Positions 19,349 to 28,370 of a stretch of DNA of 64,000 nt are shown here, piece after piece. Source of the stretch: an uncultured Clostridia bacterium (GTDB taxonomy: Bacteria; Bacillota; Clostridia; TANB77; CAG-508); the NCBI GenBank assembly GCA_948524275.1, contig CAOSLI010000001.1, forward strand, positions 329,198 to 393,197, given 5' to 3'. Numbering within the stretch: the stretch's first letter is position 1; the number at the start of each line of letters is the position of its first letter. The notes below the pieces were generated by a model. It saw only the letters and a program-made list of their open reading frames with translations. It searched no databases and was not told the DNA's origin. The position numbers were made by a program, and so were the translations under genes.

Positions 19349-19513
19349 ATGGATGGAAATCAAAAAATAGGATGTAAAGTTTGCAGTTGCAAACATAATT
19401 GTGATGGAGAATTTTGTGATTTAGACAAAATATGTGTATGCCCAGTAGAAGGATGTCATTGCGAAGAACCAGAAGAATCAATGTGTTCAAGCTATGAAAA
19501 TGTAAACAAATAA
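19349..19513 (+). CDS. Small cysteine-rich protein (DUF1540-like)
   Basis: 54 aa MDGNQKIGCKVCSCKHNCDGEFCDLDKICVCPVEGCHCEE; 10 Cys; GGAGGG RBS; followed by terminator. Confidence 0.55.
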   Translation: MDGNQKIGCKVCSCKHNCDGEFCDLDKICVCPVEGCHCEEPEESMCSSYENVNK

Positions 19514-19520
19514 AATATTT

Positions 19521-19553
19521 AGGCTCTAACCCAAAAGGTTGGAGCTTTTTCCT
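19521..19553 (+). terminator. Intrinsic terminator
   Basis: GCTCTAACC-loop-GGTTGGAGC followed by T5. Confidence 0.6.
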
Positions 19554-19650
19554 GTAAAATTTATAATTAAAATAGTATCATGTTTGCGTTAATGATAAAA
19601 AGCAAAATTATTATATAGTAACTTTTTACGTAAGAATTAAAAAAAAGTTT

Positions 19651-19685
19651 GCAATATCCATTATAATATGGTAATATATAGTAAA
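19651..19685 (+). promoter_or_regulatory. Sigma-A-like promoter upstream of the Rpn-family gene
   Basis: TTGCAA - 17 nt - TAATAT. Confidence 0.35.
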
Positions 19686-19763
19686 TTATACATATTTATT
19701 TTAAATCAATAAGACAATTCTGTCTAAAAATCCCATAACAACGAACAATATAACAAAGGAGAT

Positions 19764-20603
19764 GGTAATATAGAGTTATTAAAATTAAAAAATGATTACA
19801 CATTTAAAAGAGTCTTTGGGTTTGCAGGCAATGAACAAATCACAAAAGGACTATTAAATGCAATATTAGAAGAAGATGTAACAGATGTAAACTTAGACTG
19901 TGATAAAATATTAGAAAGAGACATATATTCAGATAAACTAGGAGTATTAGACATCAGAGCAAAGATAAATGGGGAAATAGATGTAGATATAGAGATGCAG
20001 TTAGTAGACCAAGATAATATAGAAAAAAGAATATTGTATTATATAAGCAAAATGTATTCAAGAAATCTAAAAAAAGCACAAGACTATTCAAAGTTAAATA
20101 AATGTATAGGAATATTATTTATAGATTTTGAACTAAAAAAGCTAAAAGAAATACCAAAGTACATTACAAAATGGAATCTGAGAGAAGAAGACTATCGAAA
20201 AATCGTCTTGACAGATGTAATAGAAATATATATAATAGAGATGATCAAGGTAGAAGAGTACGCTAAGAATAGTAAAATAGATACATGGGTAAAATATATT
20301 ATGGGTTCGGAGGAAATCAATATGGAAATTGTAGATGAAGACATAAAGCAAGCACAAAAAGTATTAGAAGATATAAGCAAAGATGAACACGAACAATATT
20401 TAGCAGACTTAAGAGAAAAATACATAATGGATATGAATAACATTGAATCAACAGGAATTAGAAAAGGAATAGAACAAGGTATGGTACAGGGTGAAATAAA
20501 AAGCAAGAAGGAAATAGCAAAAAATCTAAAATTACAAGGAGTAGATATAGAAATTATTATAAATGCAACAGGATTAACAAAAGAAGAAATAGAAAAATTA
20601 TAA
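19764..20603 (+). CDS. Rpn-family recombination-promoting nuclease/putative transposase (YhgA-like, PD-(D/E)XK); no canonical start codon
   Basis: Frame-0 ORF open from 19728. It encodes GNIELLKLKNDYTFKRVFG...LGVLDIRAKINGEIDVDIEMQLVDQDNIEKRILYYISKMY, a good match to the family N-terminus, but the first in-frame ATG is at 19995. The only upstream ATG (19762, directly abutting AAGGAG) is in frame +1 and stops after 3 codons. Confidence 0.6.
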   Translation, partial: GNIELLKLKNDYTFKRVFGFAGNEQITKGLLNAILEEDVTDVNLDCDKILERDIYSDKLGVLDIRAKINGEIDVDIEMQLVDQDNIEKRILYYISKMYSRNLKKAQDYSKLNKCIGILFIDFELKKLKEIPKYITKWNLREEDYRKIVLTDVIEIYIIEMIKVEEYAKNSKIDTWVKYIMGSEEINMEIVDEDIKQAQKVLEDISKDEHEQYLADLREKYIMDMNNIESTGIRKGIEQGMVQGEIKSKKEIAKNLKLQGVDIEIIINATGLTKEEIEKL

Positions 20604-20728
20604 ATATAATCCAAGTAAAATAAATATGTATAAAAAATAAAGTTATTTAGAAAACAAACAGATCTAAATAACTTTATTCTTAATTTTTTCTTATTTCTTG
20701 TATAATAATCGAAAATATGGTATTATAG

Positions 20729-20790
20729 TTTCAACCAATAGGGACGTGCACTTTTGGTTGACCACAGGTACACGTCCCCATTGGTTGAAA
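20729..20790. repeat. GC-rich palindromic intergenic repeat, copy 1
   Basis: Inverted arms TTTCAACCAATAGGGACGTG / CACGTCCCCATTGGTTGAAA around TTTTGGTTGACCACAGGTACACG; shares GGGACG/CGTCCC and TTTTGGTYGACCA motifs with copies at 46598, 49546, 62153. Confidence 0.8.
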
Positions 20791-20804
20791 TCAGGAGGCG
20801 TAAA

Positions 20805-22035
20805 ATGAAGAGACCAGAATTATTAGCACCAGCAGGTTCTTTTGAAAAAGCAAAGGAAGCATTTTTATATGGAGCAGATGCAGTGTATTGCGGGACAGGT
20901 GAATTATCACTAAGAAGTAGAGCAGAAGTTGATAATGAGAGCTTAGCAAAAACAATTGAATATGCACATAGCAACCGGAAAAAAAGTATATACAACAATT
21001 AACATATATGCACAAGATAGCATGTATGATGATATAAAAAAACAAGTAGAAATGCTTGATAAATTAAAAGTTGATGCAGTAATTGTATCAGACGGCGGCA
21101 TTGTAGATATTATAAAGGAGATAGCACCTAATATTCCTATACATATTAGTACGCAAGCAAATACTTTAAGTGCACACACAGCAAGATTTTGGCAAAAGAA
21201 TGGTGCGTCAAGAGTAATTCTTTCTAGAGAAATGAATAAAGAGCAAATAAAAGACTTAATAAATAATATTCCACAAGAGTTAGAAACTGAAATTTTCATA
21301 CATGGAGCAATTTGTTGGGCTTATTCAGGAAGATGCTATTTAAGTGATTTTTTATCTTGCAGAAATGCGAACTTAGGAGATTGTGCACAAAGCTGTAGAT
21401 GGGCATATAACGTTTATATAGAAGAAAAAAATAATCCAGGAAATATTATGCCAGTTGAAGAAGATAGTAATGGAACATATATATTGTCATCAAAAGATTT
21501 ATGCCTAATTAAAAATATTCCAGATATCATAGAAATGGGCGTAACTAGCCTTAAAATAGAGGGAAGACTTAAATCAGAATATTATTTAGCAAGTGTTGTA
21601 AATGCATATAGAAATGCAATAGATGACTATATGAAATTACCCGAAAATTATGACTATACTAAATATTTGAAAGAATTAGAGAAAGTTAAAACTAGAGATA
21701 TAACGCAGTTCTTTTTTGAGGATAAGAATAATAAGGATTTCCAAGAATTCGAGGGAAAACAATATAACCCAGAGTATGAATATGGAGCACAAGTACTAGA
21801 ATATAGCGAAGATAAATCTATTGTAAAGATAGGAAATAAATTGAATATAGGCGACAAAATGGAAATAATAATTCCAAATAAAATAGAGCCAGTAGAATTT
21901 ATTATAGATAAGATGTGGGATACAGAGACGGATGAAGAAATAGAGACTATAAATCCGGGAAAAGTAGGACAGACTGTAAAGATGCACTTACCAATTAAAT
22001 GTGAAGAAGGCTGGATGATTAGAAGAAAAAAATAA
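20805..22035 (+). pseudogene. Peptidase U32 family protein (collagenase-like), disrupted by +1 frameshift
   Basis: N-terminus MKRPELLAPAGSFEKAKEAFLYGADAVYCG...EYAHSN (frame 0, ends TAA 21000-21002) continues in frame +1 from about 20977 as GKKVYTTINIYAQ...DAVIVSDGGIVD. The shift lies at AACCGGAAAAAAAGT (20973-20987, A7 run). RBS AGGAGG before ATG 20805. Confidence 0.7.
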
Positions 22036-22176
22036 ATTAAGGGGTCAGGCACTCTCAAAAAACAATCTGCATATAATTAAAATGTAGGTTGCAAAATGAG
22101 AGTGTCTTTGTAAATAGCATATATACTCAGATTATGTATATAAATTAAATACATGCAACTTAGGAAAGGACATTTT

Positions 22177-22875
22177 ATGTTAGGTATTTCTATTTCAGGT
22201 TTTTTAGCTTTTGTTGGCTCAGGATTATTTACTGTTGGTTACATAGCTAATAACAACCTATTTCCAGAAGCGTTAAGTGCAGAAGATGAAAGAAAATATA
22301 TAAAATTTATGGAAGAAGGAAACGAGGAAGCAAGAAATATTTTAATAGAACATAATTTAAGATTAGTGGCGCATGTAAGCAAAAAATATGCTAATTCAAA
22401 TGTGGATCAAGACGACCTAATATCAATAGGTTCAATAGGTCTAATTAAGGGAATAAATAGTTACAATTCAGAAAAGAATATAAAACTTTCTACATATATT
22501 TCTAAATGTATTGATAACGAAATTTTAATGCATTTAAGGTCATCAAAAAAACTAAATCAAGAGGTTTATTTAGAAGAGCCAATTGGAAAAGATAAAGATG
22601 ATAATACAATTACATTAAAAGATGTACTAGAAAATGAAGAAAAGCCAATAGAAGAAGAAATAGAACTTAAGTTTAGAATAAGTAAATTATATGAAAAAAT
22701 ACGAACAATTTTAAAGGGACGAGAAAGAAGAATCATTGAATTAAGATTTGGACTAAATGGAGAAGAACCAAAGACTCAAAATGAGATTGCAAAAGGCATG
22801 GGGATATCACGTTCATATGTTTCAAGAATAGAAACAAAAGCAATAGGAAAACTAGCAAAGGAATTGCAGGAGTAA
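22177..22875 (+). CDS. sigK: Sporulation sigma factor SigK (pro-sigma-K with N-terminal pro-sequence), uninterrupted
   Basis: MLGISISGFLAFVGSGLFTVGYIANNNLFPEALSAEDERKYIKFMEEGNEEARNILIEHNLRLVAHVSKKY aligns with B. subtilis pro-SigK. Region 4 is ISRSYVSRIETKA. No intervening (skin-like) element. Confidence 0.85.
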   Translation: MLGISISGFLAFVGSGLFTVGYIANNNLFPEALSAEDERKYIKFMEEGNEEARNILIEHNLRLVAHVSKKYANSNVDQDDLISIGSIGLIKGINSYNSEKNIKLSTYISKCIDNEILMHLRSSKKLNQEVYLEEPIGKDKDDNTITLKDVLENEEKPIEEEIELKFRISKLYEKIRTILKGRERRIIELRFGLNGEEPKTQNEIAKGMGISRSYVSRIETKAIGKLAKELQE

Positions 22876-22876
22876 T

Positions 22877-22904
22877 AAAAAGTCATTCATGTGAATGGCT
22901 TTTA
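22877..22904 (+). terminator. Intrinsic terminator after sigK
   Basis: AGTCATTCA-TG-TGAATGGCT followed by TTTT. Confidence 0.7.
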
Positions 22905-23079
22905 CTAACACTAAATGTTACACAAATGTAATAATAAAAGCATTGAATAAAATTTAGAATAAATATATAATTGTAAAGAATAAAAATATATGCCTACAAA
23001 GAGGATTTAAATTAAGGAATAATATATTATAAAAACAATGGAAAAACGTAATTTTAAAGTAACAAAGGAGGAAATAAAA

Positions 23080-25701
23080 ATGTCTTATGTATTTAACAAA
23101 ATTACAGTAAGACCACAATTACCAAAGAGAATAGCAAAATTAGCTGATGTATCAAATAATATGTGGTGGGCTTGGAATACCGAATTTTTAAGATTATTTA
23201 AACAAATGGATGGAGATTTGTGGGAAAAATGTGAAAAGAATCCTACTAAATTTCTAAAAAACATTTCACAAGATAAATTAGAAGAAGCTTGTAAAAATCA
23301 AGACTTCTTAAAGGAATACGATAAAATAGTAAAAGATTTTGAAGATTATATGAATGCAAAGTCTACTTGGTTTACTAAAAAATATCCTCAAAACCAAAAA
23401 GATTTAATTGTATATTTTTCAGCAGAATATGGTTTGGACGAAACAGTTGCAATTTATTCAGGAGGTCTTGGAATTTTATCAGGAGATCATTTAAAATCAG
23501 CAAGTGATATGGGTCTTCCGCTTGTAGGAATTGGACTTTTATATAGAAATGGATATTTCCATCAAGTAATAAATGGAAGTGGAATGCAAGAAGCAGTGTA
23601 CAAAGATATTGATATGGATGCAATGCCAATTAGTCCAGTAAGAGATGAAAAAGGAAATGACATAATCATCTCAATTAAATTACCTCTAAATACATTATAT
23701 TTAAAAGCTTGGAAGCTAAATGTTGGAAGAGTTAGTTTATATTTATTAGATTCTGATATAGATGAAAATATTGATGAATATAAAAATATAACCACAGCTC
23801 TTTATGGTGGCGACCAAGAAATGAGAATTAAGCAAGAGATAGTATTAGGCATGGGAGGAGTACTTTTATTAGATAAACTTGGGCTAAATCCTACTGTATA
23901 TCATATGAATGAAGGTCATTCTGCATTTTTAACTTTCCAACTAATAAGAAATATAATTAGAGATAAAGAAGTATCATTTGATATTGCAAGAGATATTGTA
24001 TCAAGTAAAACTGTATTTACAACACATACTCCTGTTCCAGCAGGAAACGATATTTTCCCAATTAGTTTAATGGAAAAATATTTCAATAAATTCTGGGATA
24101 AGTTTGGAATTACTAAAGAAGAATTTATGAGCTTAGGTATGAACCCTGCTAAAGAAAAAATAGATGAAGATGAAACAAAAGCAGAGCTAAAAGACGAGGA
24201 AGAAGGCTTTAACATGGGAATATTAGCTCTTAAAATTGCTGGTAAGAAAAATGGTGTAAGTAAATTACATGGTGCGGTATCAAGGGGATTATTTGCTGAG
24301 GTTTGGCCAAATATTCCAGAAAAAGAATCTCCTATTGGCTATGTAACCAATGGTGTACATACATGCACATGGGTTGCGCCAACTATGAAAGATTTATATA
24401 ATAAATATTTTAGACCTTATTGGCAAGATGATATACAAAATGATGATATATGGCAAGATATTTATAAAGTGCCAGATGAAGAACTTTGGAATGTACATCA
24501 GTCAAGAAAGGAAAAGCTATTAAAATTAGTAAAAGATTCTACAATTAGCAGACTTAGAAGATACAATTATTCATATGATGAGATAGACAAAATAGTAGGT
24601 GAATTGGATCCAAATGCTTTAACAATAGGATTTGCAAGAAGATTTGCAACATACAAAAGAGCAACACTTATATTTAGAGATTTAGAAAGAATAACAAAGA
24701 TATTTAATGAGAGAAATCAAAGAGTACAAATAATATTTGCAGGAAAAGCACATCCACAAGATAAAGAAGGACAAGGACTAATTAAATATATTCATGAGTT
24801 ATCATTAAAGCCACAATTTAAGGGTAAATTATTTATACTAGAAAATTATAATATAGGAATGTCAAGATACTTAGTATCAGGCGTTGATGTATGGTTAAAC
24901 AACCCAAGAAGACCATTAGAAGCATCAGGAACAAGTGGACAAAAGGCAGCTGTAAATGGTGTACTTAATTTCAGTGTGCTTGATGGTTGGTGGGCTGAGG
25001 GCTACAATCAAAAAAATGGTTGGGCAATTGGAACAGAAAAACAATACCAAAACTATGAAGACCAAGATGATGATGATGCTAAAAGTTTATATGATACATT
25101 AGAAAATAAGATAATTCCAATGTATTATAGAAAAAGCGAAAAAGGATATTCAACTGAATGGATAAAAATGATGAAAAATACTATTGCGTCAAATGCAGGT
25201 AGATTTAGTACAGCTAGAATGATTGCTGATTACATGGCACAGCTTTATATACCACTTTGTAATTTAAATAGAGATAATTACCAAGAGCTTGGAAATGTCA
25301 TAAAATTTAGTGAGTGGAAAAATGTAATTGAAAGAGAATGGCAAGATATTAAAATAGAACAAGCACCAGAAAACTATAACAATACAGCACTCGATGCTGG
25401 AAATACAATAAAGGTTAGTTGCTATGTTACACTTCCAAATGAACTAATCAATAACGATAATATAGATGTTCAAGTTTATTATGGAAGAATAGAAGGAAAT
25501 CAAATTGCAGGCGACTTACAAATTATATCAATGGAGAAAGATGTAGAAAAAGGCAAATCATCTAAACTAAAATGTAAATATACAGCAGATGTTGCATTAA
25601 AATCAGGTGGAGACTATGGTTACACATTTAGGGTTGTACCAAAATCTAAGATGATATTAGATTGGGCAAATCTTGATTTGATTAAGTGGATTGAGGAGTA
25701 A
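23080..25701 (+). CDS. glgP: Alpha-glucan phosphorylase (GlgP/maltodextrin phosphorylase family, GT35)
   Basis: About 873 aa; motifs DETVAIYSGGLGILSGDHLKSASD, NEGHSAF, and PLP-site-like region; start taken at ATG 23080 after AAAGGAGG. Confidence 0.85.
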   Translation: MSYVFNKITVRPQLPKRIAKLADVSNNMWWAWNTEFLRLFKQMDGDLWEKCEKNPTKFLKNISQDKLEEACKNQDFLKEYDKIVKDFEDYMNAKSTWFTKKYPQNQKDLIVYFSAEYGLDETVAIYSGGLGILSGDHLKSASDMGLPLVGIGLLYRNGYFHQVINGSGMQEAVYKDIDMDAMPISPVRDEKGNDIIISIKLPLNTLYLKAWKLNVGRVSLYLLDSDIDENIDEYKNITTALYGGDQEMRIKQEIVLGMGGVLLLDKLGLNPTVYHMNEGHSAFLTFQLIRNIIRDKEVSFDIARDIVSSKTVFTTHTPVPAGNDIFPISLMEKYFNKFWDKFGITKEEFMSLGMNPAKEKIDEDETKAELKDEEEGFNMGILALKIAGKKNGVSKLHGAVSRGLFAEVWPNIPEKESPIGYVTNGVHTCTWVAPTMKDLYNKYFRPYWQDDIQNDDIWQDIYKVPDEELWNVHQSRKEKLLKLVKDSTISRLRRYNYSYDEIDKIVGELDPNALTIGFARRFATYKRATLIFRDLERITKIFNERNQRVQIIFAGKAHPQDKEGQGLIKYIHELSLKPQFKGKLFILENYNIGMSRYLVSGVDVWLNNPRRPLEASGTSGQKAAVNGVLNFSVLDGWWAEGYNQKNGWAIGTEKQYQNYEDQDDDDAKSLYDTLENKIIPMYYRKSEKGYSTEWIKMMKNTIASNAGRFSTARMIADYMAQLYIPLCNLNRDNYQELGNVIKFSEWKNVIEREWQDIKIEQAPENYNNTALDAGNTIKVSCYVTLPNELINNDNIDVQVYYGRIEGNQIAGDLQIISMEKDVEKGKSSKLKCKYTADVALKSGGDYGYTFRVVPKSKMILDWANLDLIKWIEE

Positions 25702-25772
25702 AATATAGGACGGTTTAAAGGCTTTTTACCAAAAAAACGTCCTATATAGACATAAAATGCCAAGGAGAAATA

Positions 25773-28004
25773 ATGAATATAAACGACTTAAGAAAACTAT
25801 TAGAAAGTTCGAGTGATAGATTGTCAGTATTATTGGACATGAATACAATAATGCAATGCGAAAATCTTACTATAAAAGATTTTAAAGATATAGTAAGTGA
25901 ATTTTTAAGCGACGAGGAAAAATTTCAATTTTTAAAAGCTCCTGAGATGAAGAAATTAAATAGTACTACAAAAGCAAGTATAATCAGTCTTATATTAGAT
26001 GAAAATGTATGTTCACAAATAGTAAACGATGAAGAATTATTATCAAATTTGAGTAACAATCAAATTAAGGATATTGCGGAGAGAATAAATGATGATTTAA
26101 AAAAACAATTATTATATAATTCAGAATTCCTAAAAAAGTATGAATATGGAGATTACGATGTTAAATTACTGATATCAAGTTGTGATGAAAATACAATACA
26201 AGAAATACTTAAGGATAAAATACTTGTAACGGAGAAGCTAAAGTTTGAGACATTTCAAATTGCTACATTACTTCAAGAGATAGATAGTGATGAAGTAAAA
26301 TTAAATTTAGTAGAGTACTATGGAATAGAAGGAAGTTACGCAGTTGATGTTATAAATTCTTGCAGTACAGATACTAAATTAAAGATAATATTAGAAGATG
26401 AAAAATTTAGTACAGGGGATAAAAATAGAGTTATATTATCACTAGAACCTAAATCATTTTGCGAATTTATAATAAATAATAAAGATTTTTTAGAAAAAAT
26501 AAATACACATCCATATGAATTAACAAATAGATTGAGTTCTGAAGCACAAAAATATGTTGTACAACACATCGAAGAGCTTGGAGTTGATATAGATGAAAAA
26601 AGACGTATATTAGCAATTTTAAAAGATGAAGTGAAAAAAGATATTGATGTAAAGGACCTTCCAGAAGAATATAAAACAGCCTTAAGCATGGAAAGAGCAC
26701 AACCATACAGCCCATTTATTAAATTTGATTCAGATAGAAATTTAGAAGAGTATCGTGGATTAGATGATTTAATAAATATAAGACCAGAAGAACTAACTGT
26801 TGAGCAAAAGAAACGACTCTTGGAGTTATGTGATATCTGTCCTAATGCAAAGGTGTTTAATAGATTAGAAAAAGATAGTATTATAGGTTTTTTATCTACA
26901 GCAAAAGAATATAAAGAAGCGGAAAAATGGATAGACTCTGTAATTGATAGCTTAGATCCAGAATGGACTGACTTAGAAAAATTGGCTGCAATAGACAATG
27001 CTGTTGGTAAGAAGATTAGCTACGCTCCAGATTTTGACACAGAAGTATCAGATGGTGATGCTGTTAGAGCATTATGGAAGATAATTAGTACTGGGTATGG
27101 CGTATGCAATGGAATATCTAGAGTAGAAAAAGAAATTTTAGATAGAGTTGGAATAGAAAGCGAAGTTGTTTCTAGTGGCACACATGCATTTTTGAAAATC
27201 AAAGATATTGAAATTCCATCAGAGAATGGAGAAATGATAAGAGGAAACACAATAGTGGACCCAACTTGGAATTTGACAGAAAATAGATATGGAGCAAAAC
27301 CAAGCAACTTTTGTGTAAGCTATGAAGAAATTAGGAAAAATGACATAGATGATGAAGGTAAAGACCATGCTTGCCATTTAAATGATGAAAAATTGCAAGA
27401 TGCAACACTTAATTTAGATGAAGAAAACTTAAGAAGAACATATTATAGCATTGGGATGACAAATAGAGATGGGGAATTTCCAATAGTCTCTTTGATAAAT
27501 ATATCTGACAATATAGATGAGATATTTGCTAATAATCCTAAAGGAAATGTTTATGCACAATTACAATTTCTTGAAAAATATTATCCTGACTTTGCAGAAT
27601 GTCAGAACTCCACGATTGCAGTATTAAGCCAAATATTACTTAATCATCAAAATCTTAATTTTAACCAATGTGTTGTAAATAGGGTATATAATAGAGATGA
27701 TGAAGAAAAGAAACCAACATTTTATGCTTATATTGATTATCCTAATGAAATTGGTAAAAAGTTTTTTGTAGCAAATAAAGTAGAAGGAAGATTTGATGAA
27801 TATAGTCTAGAAGAATTTGAAAAGCAATTTGAATGTTACGAAATGGATTTAAAAAGAGGTAATGGAGTTAGACCATGGCAAAAAGAAAGTCGTGAAAATG
27901 AAAATATAGACTTATCTAGAAGTTCAGGAAAAGTTGTGGCAGCAGAGGAAAAAAGTATAAGCTCGAATGAGAATTCAGAACAATTAGATGAGGAGGGAAG
28001 ATAG
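25773..28004 (+). CDS. Large cytoplasmic protein with C-terminal transglutaminase-like cysteine protease domain
   Basis: 743 aa, no signal peptide; GYGVCNGISRV...SSGTHAFLKI...GNTIVDPTW consistent with a Cys-His-Asp transglutaminase core. Confidence 0.5.
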   Translation: MNINDLRKLLESSSDRLSVLLDMNTIMQCENLTIKDFKDIVSEFLSDEEKFQFLKAPEMKKLNSTTKASIISLILDENVCSQIVNDEELLSNLSNNQIKDIAERINDDLKKQLLYNSEFLKKYEYGDYDVKLLISSCDENTIQEILKDKILVTEKLKFETFQIATLLQEIDSDEVKLNLVEYYGIEGSYAVDVINSCSTDTKLKIILEDEKFSTGDKNRVILSLEPKSFCEFIINNKDFLEKINTHPYELTNRLSSEAQKYVVQHIEELGVDIDEKRRILAILKDEVKKDIDVKDLPEEYKTALSMERAQPYSPFIKFDSDRNLEEYRGLDDLINIRPEELTVEQKKRLLELCDICPNAKVFNRLEKDSIIGFLSTAKEYKEAEKWIDSVIDSLDPEWTDLEKLAAIDNAVGKKISYAPDFDTEVSDGDAVRALWKIISTGYGVCNGISRVEKEILDRVGIESEVVSSGTHAFLKIKDIEIPSENGEMIRGNTIVDPTWNLTENRYGAKPSNFCVSYEEIRKNDIDDEGKDHACHLNDEKLQDATLNLDEENLRRTYYSIGMTNRDGEFPIVSLINISDNIDEIFANNPKGNVYAQLQFLEKYYPDFAECQNSTIAVLSQILLNHQNLNFNQCVVNRVYNRDDEEKKPTFYAYIDYPNEIGKKFFVANKVEGRFDEYSLEEFEKQFECYEMDLKRGNGVRPWQKESRENENIDLSRSSGKVVAAEEKSISSNENSEQLDEEGR

Positions 28005-28006
28005 AA

Positions 28007-28243
28007 ATGAAAGTTATAGAAAAAATAACTATGTTTTTTAAAAATATCTTTAAAAAGCAAGCTAAAGTTAAAATGATAGAAGCTCCTCAAATTAAAATTG
28101 AAGAAGAAGGAAATGAAAAGATAAATAATGATTTTAGACAATCACTAAAGGTAAATGCGGAAGAAAAGAGAGAAAAACAGACAGTTAAAACTTTAATATG
28201 TGAAGGCGATGGACTTGGAATAAAGCCGAAAATGAGTTCTTAA
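28007..28243 (+). CDS. Hypothetical small protein (78 aa)
   Basis: ORF 3 nt after previous stop; K/E-rich, no recognised domain. Confidence 0.35.
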   Translation: MKVIEKITMFFKNIFKKQAKVKMIEAPQIKIEEEGNEKINNDFRQSLKVNAEEKREKQTVKTLICEGDGLGIKPKMSS

Positions 28244-28283
28244 TAATGTTACAGAATTGTAATATTAAATAAACGAAAAACCA

Positions 28284-28312
28284 TTGACCTTTTTAACATA
28301 AATATATATAAT
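28284..28312 (+). promoter_or_regulatory. Sigma-A-type promoter upstream of GLUG-repeat gene
   Basis: TTGACC - 17 nt - TATAAT; leader contains hairpin ATGCTATGG...CATAGCAT. Confidence 0.5.
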
Positions 28313-28370
28313 GCTATGGAAAATAATTACATAGCATTGGTAATGTGAAATAAAAACAAAGGAGTAAAAA

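Noticed and set aside
20754-21002. ORF-track start at 20754 for the U32 N-terminal segment
   Set aside because: The extra 17 codons are read through palindromic repeat copy 1. ATG 20805 has an AGGAGG RBS and matches the family N-terminus MKRPELLAPAG
22177-22875. sigK interruption by a skin-like prophage element
   Set aside because: The pro-sigma-K reading frame is continuous from the pro-sequence through region 4. No intervening element or recombinase gene
25702-25772. Hairpin TATAGGACGG…CGTCCTATA upstream of 25773 as another member of the GC-rich repeat family
   Set aside because: Shares only the GGACG/CGTCC core. It lacks the GTCGAC centre and flanking blocks, so more likely a simple glgP terminator-like stem
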